Below are positions 1-8,566 of a stretch of 35,753 nt of DNA, piece by piece. The stretch is from Myxococcales bacterium (GTDB taxonomy: Bacteria; Myxococcota_A; UBA9042). The stretch spans positions 1 to 35,753 of the forward strand of contig JBBISH010000062.1 of the NCBI GenBank assembly GCA_037441385.1, in the 5' to 3' direction. Position numbers and translations under genes: made by a program. The notes under the pieces were generated by a model. The model saw only the letters and a program-made list of their open reading frames with translations, did not search any database and had not been told where the DNA came from. Position 1 is the stretch's first letter, and each line of letters starts with the position of its first letter.

Positions 1-1876
1 CCTTGCCGGCGTCGCAGCTGTCCAAGGTGCAGCTGTTGCCGTCGTTGCAGTTCAGGGTGCTGCCGCCGTTGCAGTTGCCGCTTTTGCAGACGTCGCCTTG
101 GGTGCAGGCGTTGCCGTCGTCGCAGGGCAGGCTGTTGTTGGCGCTGGCGCAGCCGCCCTTGGGGTCGCAAGTGTCGGTGGTGCAAGGGTTGCTGTCGCTG
201 CACGGCCCGGCCTGACCGGGCGAACAGCTGCCGCCTTTGCACACGTCGCCTTGGGTGCACGCGTCGCTGTCGTCGCAGGGCAGGCTGTTGGGCGCAAAGT
301 TGCAGCCCGCCTTGGGGTCGCAACTGTCGGTCGTGCATAGCTTGCCGTCGTCGCAGAACACGGCTGCGCCGCCCACGCAACTGCCTGCCGCACAAATGTC
401 GGCCGTGGTGCAGGCGTTGCCGTCCTCGCAGCCCTGGCCGTTGGGCGAGGCCACGCAACCCTGCTTGATGTCGCAGAAATCGGTGGTGCAGGGGTTGCCG
501 TCGTCGCACGCGACCGCCGCCCCGCCGCTGCATTTGTTGGCCGCGCAGGTGTCACCGCTGGTGCAGGCGTTGTTGTCGTCGCACGGATCACTGGTGGGGC
601 TGGTCGTGCAACCCTGCTTGGGATTACACGAATCGGCGGTGCACGGGTTGCCGTCGTCGCAAACGGTGGCCGGGCCGGGCACGCACTGGCCATCCTTGCA
701 CGCGTCGCCGCTGGTGCAGGCGTCGCCATCGCTGCAGCTGGCGGTCGTGGGCAAGTTCACGCAGCCGCTGGCGGGGTTGCAGCTGTCGGCGGTGCAGCCG
801 TTGCTGTCGTCGCAGTTCAGGGCGTTGCCTTTGCACAGGCCGTCGCTGCAGTAGTCGCCGCTGGTGCACGCGCTGCCGTCGTCGCACGCGCCGGTCTTGG
901 GCGGGTGCTGGCATTCGCCCGCGATGCAATTGTCGTAGGTACAAGGGGTTGCGTCGTCACACAAACTGCTGCCGCCCTCGTCGGTTTGGCCGTTGCAGTT
1001 GTCGTCCAAGGTGTTGCATGTCTCGGTCTGGGCCATCGGCGCGTCGCAGGCGCTCAGGCCGTTCGCGCCGCAGGACCGACTGCCCTTGCAGGTACCGGCG
1101 GCGTTGCCGCTGCTGCACGGCGTGCTCAGGCTCAGTTTCTGCGCCCGCGCGTCGCACTCGCAGGTGCCGCTGATCCGGATGCACTGTTTGCTGGTGGCGC
1201 CGCCTACGCTCTTGGTGTCTTGGCACGCGTAGCCGCTAGGGCAGTCGCCGCCGGGTCCACACGGTGCGGCGCAGAATTGGCCCAGCAAGCTCCCGGCGGG
1301 TCCAGGATAGGCGATGCAGCGGTTGTCCTTGCCGCCCAGCACGTTGCTGCAATCGGCGTCGGCCTGGCAGGGTTCGCAAAGCCGGCCGAACAGGGGGGTG
1401 CAAAGCGAGGCGACGTCGCCCGTCGAGCTGGTGGTTTGTGTGCACTGAAAGCCGGCCTTGCAACCCGTTACGCACAGCGCCGCGCATTCGGACTGGCCGC
1501 CCACCTCGATGCAAAATCCCGAGTCGCAGTCCGCGTTGCCGTTGCATGGGCAGCCCGCGCTGCCGCAAAGGGTTGCGTCGCTGCTGGTGTCGCCCGCGCC
1601 GTCGCCTTGGCTGTCGCCGGTGCTGTCGTCCGTGGCGGTGTCTTGGCCGTCGTCGGCTGCGTCGGCGCTGGCCACGTCGGTTGGGGTGGCGTCGCCTTTG
1701 CTGGCGTCGGCGCCGCTCACGATCACGTCGGGCAGTTGGATGTCGAATCCGCCACCTTTGGTATCGGTGGTGCTGCCGCCGCTGCTCGCGCCGGGTGAGC
1801 TGCAACTTAGCAGAGCCAATAGCGCCGCCATCGTCGCCAACCGGCCGACCTGCCGCGCCGTGTGCACAATCGTCAT
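1..1876 (-). CDS. Large cysteine-rich repeat lipoprotein (partial, runs off left edge)
   Basis: Absent from the ORF track because there is no stop in the window. Manual translation from ATG at 1876 gives MTIVHTARQVGRLATMAALLALLSC (lipobox), then a D/A/G/T-rich linker, Cys-rich modules, a MopE-related motif ETCNTLDDNCNGQTDEG and many CDDGNxCTxDxC repeats, open to position 1. Confidence 0.9.
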   Translation of the reverse strand, partial: MTIVHTARQVGRLATMAALLALLSCSSPGASSGGSTTDTKGGGFDIQLPDVIVSGADASKGDATPTDVASADAADDGQDTATDDSTGDSQGDGAGDTSSDATLCGSAGCPCNGNADCDSGFCIEVGGQSECAALCVTGCKAGFQCTQTTSSTGDVASLCTPLFGRLCEPCQADADCSNVLGGKDNRCIAYPGPAGSLLGQFCAAPCGPGGDCPSGYACQDTKSVGGATSKQCIRISGTCECDARAQKLSLSTPCSSGNAAGTCKGSRSCGANGLSACDAPMAQTETCNTLDDNCNGQTDEGGSSLCDDATPCTYDNCIAGECQHPPKTGACDDGSACTSGDYCSDGLCKGNALNCDDSNGCTADSCNPASGCVNLPTTASCSDGDACTSGDACKDGQCVPGPATVCDDGNPCTADSCNPKQGCTTSPTSDPCDDNNACTSGDTCAANKCSGGAAVACDDGNPCTTDFCDIKQGCVASPNGQGCEDGNACTTADICAAGSCVGGAAVFCDDGKLCTTDSCDPKAGCNFAPNSLPCDDSDACTQGDVCKGGSCSPGQAGPCSDSNPCTTDTCDPKGGCASANNSLPCDDGNACTQGDVCKSGNCNGGSTLNCNDGNSCTLDSCDAGK

Positions 1877-2027
1877 GGTCGCCTTGCCCGGACCGCCCAT
1901 CTCCCCCAGGCGGCCACTCACCTTACGGTCTCCTGGCCTGCACGGTCAACTGCGTGGCGAACAAGTCAAAGTTCAAGGGCATCCTCTTTGCCCTGCGATC
2001 TCGACTCCGTCAGCATCGCGCACCGAC

Positions 2028-2061
2028 CCGTACAGGCGTGAATCAGGTGGCGTGCGTATCA
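2028..2061 (+). repeat. Repeat family B, right-end fragment
   Basis: CCGTACAGGCGTGAATCAGGTGGCGTGCGTATCA nearly matches the last 34 nt of the copy at 9800-9936. Confidence 0.85.
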
Positions 2062-2130
2062 GCCTGGCTGCCACAGCCTGAAGCGCTTCCAGGTCGTATC
2101 GGTGGGGAGGTGCTCAGCCACGCTCGGCCA

Positions 2131-2362
2131 CCTGCCATACCGTTTGCTTACTCTTGCGCCGAGCTTCTGGCCCTCACCCCCGGCCTGTGGCCGACCCCTC
2201 TCCCACTGAAGTGGGCGAGGGGTAAAGGAAAATTTCCTTGCCCCTCGCCCAATGCCTTGGGAGAGGGGCAGACGCGCCAGCGGCGGGGTGAGGGCCAAGT
2301 GTACGACATGGAAAGAGTTTCTTCATCTTGCTCTAGCTGTAGTAGCCATGCGGTAAGGCAGG
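2131..2362 (+). mobile_element. MITE family A, copy 1 (232 bp)
   Basis: Ends are CCTGCCATACCG...CGGTAAGGCAGG (imperfect TIR), flanked by the direct repeat CTCGGCCA at 2123-2130 and 2363-2370. Palindromic core at 2168-2297. Homologous to 23169-23396 in reverse orientation. Confidence 0.9.
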
Positions 2363-2577
2363 CTCGGCCAGGTCTCCACCTTGGGACTGCCGCGCTGCAC
2401 TCCGGTGTTGGCGCCAGCATCTGGCCAATTTCGCAGACGGCGTGCTAGGCTTGCCGCTGGATTGCAGCGTGTGCCCTTCACGCCCACCCGCTCGCGCCGC
2501 GGTCGCTTCCGTGCGCCGAACGGGCTGCACGCTGGGTGGGCGGTCGCGGCGCAGTTGCTGTTTCTTGGGAGTCGCTT

Positions 2578-3942
2578 GTGGACGCGGATTCGGCCCCGGC
2601 CGCTAACGGACACGCTTCGCTGGTCGAACGCACGGCGCGGGCGATGTCGCCTCTGGGCCAAGCGGTCTGGCGCAGCGCCCTGGGCGTCACGCACCTGGCC
2701 CCCACGATGCGCGGCCTGTTCCTGGAGTTCGACGACCCAGAGGTCGAGCGCAATTGGGCCGAAAGCCACGACCGGCGCGCCGTGAAGCAGGTCCGCTATG
2801 CCTCGATGTTCATTGCGCTGTTGACGGCGGCCTCGGGCCTGATCGAGGCGTGGTTTGCCCCGATGCAGTCGGCCGACGCGACGCTGCTGATCTTGCGCTA
2901 CGGCGTGGCCGTGCCGCTGCTGCTTGCCGTGGCCGGCCTGACCCGCGTGCCCTGGTGCGCCGCCCGCATTCAGCCGCTCACCTTTGCCGGCGTCCAAGGT
3001 TTTGCGTGGTTGTATGCCGTGCCGGGCCTGCTCGCGGTGCCGCGCGACGTGCTGGGCCCGCTTTTGTTCGTGTGGCTGTTCATCCTGACTGCCAGCCAGG
3101 CTGCGGCGCGGCTGCGCGGGCGCTGGTTGGTCGCGTCGGCTTTGGGGGTCTCAGCGGCCGCGCTTGCGTCGGTGATCCTGACCCGACCGCCGTGGGTCGA
3201 GCGGACCGTGTTCCTGTACACCTTGGCAACGACCCTGCTGGTGCTGCTGTACTCGGCCTGGCAGCAAGAGCGGTCGCAACGTCGAGAGTTTGTGATGCAA
3301 AAGCAGATCGACCTGGAGCGCCAGAAGGTCGAGGAGCTGCTTTTGCACATCCTGCCGCGGCAGGTGGCCGACCGGCTCAAGGCCGACAACCGGGTGATTG
3401 CCGACGGCTTTGACTGCGCGACGGTGCTGTTCTCGGACCTGGTGGGCTTTACGCCGCTGGCGACCGTGACGCCGCCCGATCAGCTGTTGGCGATGCTGGA
3501 CGACCTGGTTTCGACCTTTGACGACCTGGCCGACACGCTGGGGCTAGAGAAAATCAAGACGATTGGCGACGCCTACATGGTGGCCGGCGGCTTGCCCGAT
3601 CCGCAGCCCGATCACGCCCAGCGCATCGCCCGCATGGCGCTGCAAATGCAGGCGGCGATGGCGCAATTCAACGCACGGCGCGGCTCGGACCTGGCGCTGC
3701 GCATTGGCATCCACAGCGGCCCCGTGGTGGCTGGTATCGTGGGCAAACACAAGTTCGTCTATGACCTGTGGGGCGACAGTGTCAACATCGCGAGCCGCAT
3801 GGAGTCACACGGCGCGCCGGGTGCCATTCAAGTCAGCGACGCGGCGTACGCCTTGCTGCGAAACGACTTCCAGTTCGAGCCCCGCGGCACCATCGAGGTC
3901 AAGGGCAAGGGCGAGATGAAGACATGGTGGCTCGTGGCTTGA
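2578..3942 (+). CDS. Membrane-bound class III adenylate cyclase
   Basis: Several N-terminal TM helices, then VLFSDLVGFT, EKIKTIGDAYM and YDLWGDSVNIASRMES. The K and D specificity residues indicate ATP. GTG at 2578 follows GGGAG; the start is uncertain. Confidence 0.92.
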   Translation: MDADSAPAANGHASLVERTARAMSPLGQAVWRSALGVTHLAPTMRGLFLEFDDPEVERNWAESHDRRAVKQVRYASMFIALLTAASGLIEAWFAPMQSADATLLILRYGVAVPLLLAVAGLTRVPWCAARIQPLTFAGVQGFAWLYAVPGLLAVPRDVLGPLLFVWLFILTASQAAARLRGRWLVASALGVSAAALASVILTRPPWVERTVFLYTLATTLLVLLYSAWQQERSQRREFVMQKQIDLERQKVEELLLHILPRQVADRLKADNRVIADGFDCATVLFSDLVGFTPLATVTPPDQLLAMLDDLVSTFDDLADTLGLEKIKTIGDAYMVAGGLPDPQPDHAQRIARMALQMQAAMAQFNARRGSDLALRIGIHSGPVVAGIVGKHKFVYDLWGDSVNIASRMESHGAPGAIQVSDAAYALLRNDFQFEPRGTIEVKGKGEMKTWWLVA

Positions 3943-3988
3943 ACGGCGGGCGATTTCTGCGAATCCGTCGAGCGGACCCAAGTTTGCC

Positions 3989-5086
3989 CTACGGCAGATC
4001 GGCACAGCAGCGAAACCCGGTCGAATAGTCCCAGTGGCTGCTGTCGTGGGCGGTGGTGACGTACAAGCACCCAGGGCCGTTGATCACCGTGTCGACGAAG
4101 TAGCCGCCGCGGAAAGTTCCGGCCGGATCCGCGGTCCATTCGTGCAGGTTGCCCATCATGTCCATGAGCCCTTCGGCGCTGGCGCAGGCCGAGAAAGCAC
4201 CTGTGTTTGCAAGTGAATCGGGAAGTTGGTCCAGGCAGGCGTTGTCCAATTTGCTCCAAATCCACGCGTCGCTGGTCCCGTACAGCTCGATGGCTGGGTG
4301 GACGGCGCGGCTATCGTTGCAGGCTTTGGGCACCTTTTTTGCGCCGTACGGGTACGTCCAGCCACTGGGGCCTTGGCAGGCGCGCAACCACTCGCCGTCG
4401 CTGCACAAGCGCTTGCCGGCGGCGCTGCAGGCCGCCTTGGCTTGGTTGCCGCTGATGTAGCCCTGCGGCACCTGATTGGGGCGCGCCACGGCCCGCACCG
4501 CCGTGCCGCCCGGGTTGTGGTACGGCGAAAACTCTGCCCCAGTCGCCCCTACTTGCAGGGCCGCCTCCCAGCGGTCGATGCAGTAGCTGGGCTTGCCGGC
4601 GGGATCGATGCGCGCCATGCCCGCCGGGCAGCCGCCCAAGCCCGCGGGCTCGGCGCCCAGGCCCAGGTTGGGCAAGGGCGCGGCGTTGGGGTCGCACGCC
4701 CCGCTGGCCGCGGTGGGCGTGCAACACTGGATTTCTTTGGGGCCCGGACAGTAGCCTGGCGTGGCCGTGCCGGTGCACGCGCTGGTGAGCATGCAAGTGC
4801 CGGCGCCCTTGCCCGGGACTTGGCAGGCCACGGCCCCGGCGTCGCCGCCCCCGTCGCCGGTCGCCGAGTCCGGTTGAGCGCCATCGGCGCGGGCCGCATC
4901 CCAGCCGGTGTCCGTGCCGCCTGTCTGGGTGTCGTTCAGACCAGAATCATTAGCGATAGAGCCGTCTTGCCCCGCATCCACCGCGTCGCCGTCGCCCGCG
5001 CCAGAGGGGGACCCATTGGGAGCCGCGGCGGTACACGCCGCCAAGCCGGCCGACAGGATCCAGGTAGCGATTCGGGCAGACGCCAT
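3989..5086 (-). CDS. Lipoprotein with FGE-sulfatase (SUMF1/EgtB-like) domain
   Basis: MASARIATWILSAGLAAC lipobox. Motifs CPAGM, YCIDRWEA, GKRLCSDGEW..AC, DMMGNLHEW and TGFRCC are typical of the FGE-sulfatase domain. Confidence 0.85.
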   Translation of the reverse strand: MASARIATWILSAGLAACTAAAPNGSPSGAGDGDAVDAGQDGSIANDSGLNDTQTGGTDTGWDAARADGAQPDSATGDGGGDAGAVACQVPGKGAGTCMLTSACTGTATPGYCPGPKEIQCCTPTAASGACDPNAAPLPNLGLGAEPAGLGGCPAGMARIDPAGKPSYCIDRWEAALQVGATGAEFSPYHNPGGTAVRAVARPNQVPQGYISGNQAKAACSAAGKRLCSDGEWLRACQGPSGWTYPYGAKKVPKACNDSRAVHPAIELYGTSDAWIWSKLDNACLDQLPDSLANTGAFSACASAEGLMDMMGNLHEWTADPAGTFRGGYFVDTVINGPGCLYVTTAHDSSHWDYSTGFRCCADLP

Positions 5087-5114
5087 GCAGTCCCTGCGGG
5101 AGCGGCGAACGCGC

Positions 5115-6047
5115 TCAATCGATCGACGTGGAGACGGAGTAGCCGGTCGCCCCGGCAAAGACTACGTTTTCGCTGGGCGCGGGCGGAGTTTCCACGTCCC
5201 AGACCCCGGCGGTGTGACCGGCCGCGACGCTGTCCTGCCAGCGGAAACCCTGCCAGACCTGCCAGTGGAAGCGCGCCCAGTACTGGCCGGGCGCATTTTG
5301 CAGGATCGGCAAGGGCTTGGTGTAGGCAAAGGTCATCAGGAATTCGCCGTCCTGCAGCTGGGTTGACACGTTGGGCATCGAGGGCAAAGCGGGGTAGGTA
5401 AAGGGGATCTCGTTGTCCACCGCGCCCGAGTTGTCGCGGAACCGCAGCGTGCCCGCGCCCGCCGCCATGGCCTTGCCGTCTACGGTCGTGTCCGAATAGG
5501 CGCGCAAGAACGTGAACTTGCCTGGTAAATTCATGCCGTTGTAGTGCAGCTGGCCGGTCACGCTGTAGCGCAGCCACTCGACCTTGACGCGGCCGTGCGT
5601 GTAGGTCCCGGTGGCGATCCCGGCCGTTGGGCACTGCCCCATCAGGTTGTCGCCGCTCAGGTTTGCCACCACCGGCTTTGCGCCGTGATCGAAGCACGGC
5701 TGCGGCGCGGGATCGTCCGCCGACTTCAACACTTGGTAGCGCGACAGCGCCACCTGGAATTCCGCAGGGGTCTGACCCTGCAGTCCATCGGCAAACGCGA
5801 CCGGCAGTTGGTCGCCCTGCAGGTAAATCGCGATGCTGCCGCCTTGCGCAGAAGTGCTGTCTCCAGCCGCAGTTGCATCGCCGTCCGCCGCGGTCGTGTC
5901 TTGGGCGGTCACGGCGCCGCTGTCGCCCCCCGTCGCGTCTGCGCCGGCCGAGCTGCCCGCATTGGCCGCCGCGGTGCCCGAGTCGCAGCCAGCGAAGAGG
6001 ACAAATGAGACCAGAATGCCAAGGAAAAAGCGGACGCGGCCGATCAT
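5115..6047 (-). CDS. Hypothetical lipoprotein
   Basis: GGAGGG RBS before ATG at 6047; MIGRVRFFLGILVSFVLFAGC lipobox; acidic linker followed by a beta-rich domain. The ORF-track extension upstream runs through a tandem repeat and is not credible. Confidence 0.8.
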   Translation of the reverse strand: MIGRVRFFLGILVSFVLFAGCDSGTAAANAGSSAGADATGGDSGAVTAQDTTAADGDATAAGDSTSAQGGSIAIYLQGDQLPVAFADGLQGQTPAEFQVALSRYQVLKSADDPAPQPCFDHGAKPVVANLSGDNLMGQCPTAGIATGTYTHGRVKVEWLRYSVTGQLHYNGMNLPGKFTFLRAYSDTTVDGKAMAAGAGTLRFRDNSGAVDNEIPFTYPALPSMPNVSTQLQDGEFLMTFAYTKPLPILQNAPGQYWARFHWQVWQGFRWQDSVAAGHTAGVWDVETPPAPSENVVFAGATGYSVSTSID

Positions 6048-6077
6048 GCTCCCTCCGTGCGCGCGGCGCTGCGGCCG

Positions 6078-6188
6078 CTGCGGGGCTGTACCCTGCTGGG
6101 CCGTACCCTGCGGGGCCGTACCCTGCGGGGCTGTACACCGCGGGGCCGTACCCTGCGGGGCTGTACACCGCGGCGCCGTACCCTGCGG
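6078..6188. repeat. Intergenic 15-bp tandem repeat (~7.4 units)
   Basis: Unit CTGCGGGGCYGTACC with minor variants, repeating from 6078. Confidence 0.95.
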
Positions 6189-6327
6189 TGTGTGCCCGCC
6201 CGCCCGCCGATCGTTCACGTGGAGAAGCCTACGCCCGTGCGGTACCCGGCGGCAAATCGGCGCCTTGGGAAAAACCGCTGTCCGCGTGCGGGTGCCCAGG
6301 CCACCGTGCGCCTGCTTGGGCCGCCGC

Positions 6328-6750
6328 TCAATCTGCGTCCGCGGACGGTGTCTTGGTCCGGCTTGCCGCCCGCAACTTGGCAATTTCGCCGGGATAGTCC
6401 CAAACGATGGTCGTCGCCTTGTGCAGCCAGCGCGCCAGCGTCGTTGGATCGACCTCGGTGTTGGGCGCAAGCAAGTACTCGGCCGCCTTGAACTTGCCCG
6501 ACGGCACCAACTGCGGCTCGTCAAAGAGCTGGCCGCTCCAAAACAGCAGTTGGAGGCCGCGCTTGCCGTGGCTCAGGCCCACGCAGGGTTGGCCGGCGAC
6601 AAACCAAACCGGGCCACCGTGCCAGATCTTCGCCTGGGAATTGGCCAGGCCCGCGGACAGGGCCGCGGCCCAACTCGCGAATTGGGCTTGCGCGGCCTGG
6701 GGTAGGGCCACTGTGTAGGCGGTCAGAGCGGGTGAAAGGGCAGCGGACAT
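6328..6750 (-). CDS. DUF1801 (YdhG-like) domain protein
   Basis: GGAGA RBS, ATG at 6750. KIWHGGPVWF...LLFWSGQLFDEP...GKFKAA...WDY pattern recognised as DUF1801-like. Confidence 0.75.
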   Translation of the reverse strand: MSAALSPALTAYTVALPQAAQAQFASWAAALSAGLANSQAKIWHGGPVWFVAGQPCVGLSHGKRGLQLLFWSGQLFDEPQLVPSGKFKAAEYLLAPNTEVDPTTLARWLHKATTIVWDYPGEIAKLRAASRTKTPSADAD

Positions 6751-6950
6751 GGGCGTCTCCTGTCGATGGGCGAGGACGCCGCAACTGTGCGAATTCGGGC
6801 GGTGGAAGTCAAATTGGGCGTCCTGAGCCCTGGGCAATGCTTCGGATTTCCTTCCGCGGCAGCGCCGCAGGTGGGCCTGTCCGACCTGCCTTGCCGAATG
6901 CTGGTCAGGCCTGTATACCTGGATGGCCGGAGCGTAGGCAGGAGGAAGCA

Positions 6951-8030
6951 ATGCGCGGTTCTTGGCGGAACTTCTTGGCTTGCACGTGGGCCGGTCTAGG
7001 GTTGCTGGCGGTGCCCGTGCCCGCCTTGGCCTGCGGTCCGATCTTGGTCTGCGCGACCAAAGCCTCGTTTGCGGCCGGCACCCAGTTGCCCGCGTCGACC
7101 AAGGCCATTCCGCTGGCCGTGCCCAAGCCGCTGCAGGCGCCCTTTGCGCCACTGGTGCCCGAACTGCGCGATGCCGCAGGCAAGCTCGTCGCGACCGAAC
7201 TGGTCGACGACACCAGCGGTGGCTACAAGCTGCTCAGACCCCTGAAAGGTTTGGCAGCCAATAGCGCCTATACGCTTGTGCTTCCTGGCTTTTGCCAAGA
7301 CGCGTTGGGCGCGCTCGTGCCGCCGGTCGAGTTGCCGTTCGCCACCGGCCCCGACTTGCCCGCTCCGCAAGGCATGGGAACGCTTCAACTCACTTACGTG
7401 GCGCCGGACCAAGTGCTCGTATGGACGTCGGTCGGGAGTTGCACGGTGCCGATCCAAGCGGCGCGGGGCCACGTCGCAGTCACGCCGGCCGCCGAGATGG
7501 CGCCTTGGTTGCCCATCACCCGCGCCGAATTGTGGGTCGACGGCGCCAAATGGGCCGGTGGCCTCTACGGCGACGTACCGACTCAGCCTGGGCCGCCGCA
7601 GTCCGCCGTGGCCAAGAGTGTTCAAGAGTTCTACGTGGCGTGCGGACCCGTGCCAGACCTGGCCGACCCCGGTCTTGCGCCCGGCCAGCATCACGTGGAC
7701 GTGCGGTTCCACGTTGCGGGGGAATTCAACGATCCCCCGTACTTGTATGGTGACCTGAGCGTGACCTGCGGCGCCAGCACGGGGGGCGACGCCGGTGGCA
7801 GCGAGGTCAGTGGCAGCGAGGTCAGTGGCAGCGAGGTCAGTGGCAGCGACGTGTCGGGTTTGGCGGGCGACACGGCGTCCGGCCCGCCCACGAATGCCGC
7901 CCCGGCCAGCAGCGGCAGCTGTAGTGCCGGGCGCCCGGCATTTTCTTGGGTCACGGTCGGCCTTTTGCTGACCTTTGGCGTGCTTGGACGGTGCCTGAGG
8001 AGGAGGTTGGCGACATGCCCATCAAACTGA
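6951..8030 (+). CDS. Secreted protein with Ig-like region and MYXO-CTERM-like sorting tail
   Basis: AGGAGG RBS, signal peptide ending ALA-C, LRPLKGLAANSAYTL (Big_5-like), and a C-terminal SSGSCSAG + hydrophobic helix + RRR. Confidence 0.75.
   Translation: MRGSWRNFLACTWAGLGLLAVPVPALACGPILVCATKASFAAGTQLPASTKAIPLAVPKPLQAPFAPLVPELRDAAGKLVATELVDDTSGGYKLLRPLKGLAANSAYTLVLPGFCQDALGALVPPVELPFATGPDLPAPQGMGTLQLTYVAPDQVLVWTSVGSCTVPIQAARGHVAVTPAAEMAPWLPITRAELWVDGAKWAGGLYGDVPTQPGPPQSAVAKSVQEFYVACGPVPDLADPGLAPGQHHVDVRFHVAGEFNDPPYLYGDLSVTCGASTGGDAGGSEVSGSEVSGSEVSGSDVSGLAGDTASGPPTNAAPASSGSCSAGRPAFSWVTVGLLLTFGVLGRCLRRRLATCPSN
7795..7849 (+). repeat. In-frame 15-bp tandem repeat (GSEVS linker, ~3.7 units)
   Basis: GTGGCAGCGAGGTCA three times perfect plus a partial unit. 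Confidence 0.95.
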
Positions 8031-8272
8031 GTCGCGCCGAGCAACAACGCTTGGTGGCGTCGCTCCGGCGTTATTGCGAAGAGAATCTGGAACCAGTGGG
8101 CGAGCTCAAGGCGTCGCTACTGCTCGATTTTGTGCTGCGCGAAGTTGGTCCGTCGGTCTACAACCAAGCTGTCTTGGACGCGCAGGCTCGCATGATGAGC
8201 CACATTCAAGACTTGCCCGGCGAAGTCTACGAGCGTGAAGGGGACTACTGGACGGCCAAGGGCAAGAAATAG
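8015..8272 (+). CDS. DUF2164 family protein
   Basis: MPIKLSR...SLRRY...GELKASLLLDFVLREVGPSVYNQAVLDAQ matches the DUF2164 pattern. Strong RBS; overlaps the upstream gene by 16 bp. Confidence 0.85.
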   Translation: MPIKLSRAEQQRLVASLRRYCEENLEPVGELKASLLLDFVLREVGPSVYNQAVLDAQARMMSHIQDLPGEVYEREGDYWTAKGKK

Positions 8273-8413
8273 CGACCGGGCTGGTCAGGGCCCGTCCAAA
8301 ATCTAGGCGATCTTGGCGGGCCTCTCCCCTCCGCTGGGTGGGTGGCAAGTGCGCGCCCCGACTGGGCGTCGTACTGGGCGTCGCACCACTCCGCGCGTGC
8401 GCAAGCGATCGAG

Positions 8414-8551
8414 TCATACGAACCCCGTCTGATTCACGCCTGTACGGCTTCTCTGACCCGGTCTGCAACCGGCGAGAATCAGGCGGGGACCCCGGTTCGG
8501 GCCCGAAGAATTGCCCGAGTCTTCGATCCGATTCGGACGGAACTGGTATCA
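8414..8551 (-). repeat. Repeat family B, full copy (138 bp)
   Basis: Its reverse complement differs from 30664-30801 at about 10 of 138 positions (counted by eye). Confidence 0.95.
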
Positions 8552-8566
8552 TTCCTACGCAGGCCC

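Noticed and set aside
6078..6188. Possible CRISPR array (also 10761-10818 and 7795-7849)
   Set aside because: Contiguous tandem units without unique spacers, and no cas genes.
6048..6524. N-terminal extension of the 469-aa ORF with TAPQG repeats
   Set aside because: The RBS and lipoprotein signal start at 6047; the extension overlaps the DUF1801 gene and the VNTR.
6885..6942. CCTGCCTTGCCG...TAGGCAGG resembling an internally deleted MITE A
   Set aside because: Only a 7-bp inverted match, no TSD and no core; could be chance in GC-rich DNA.
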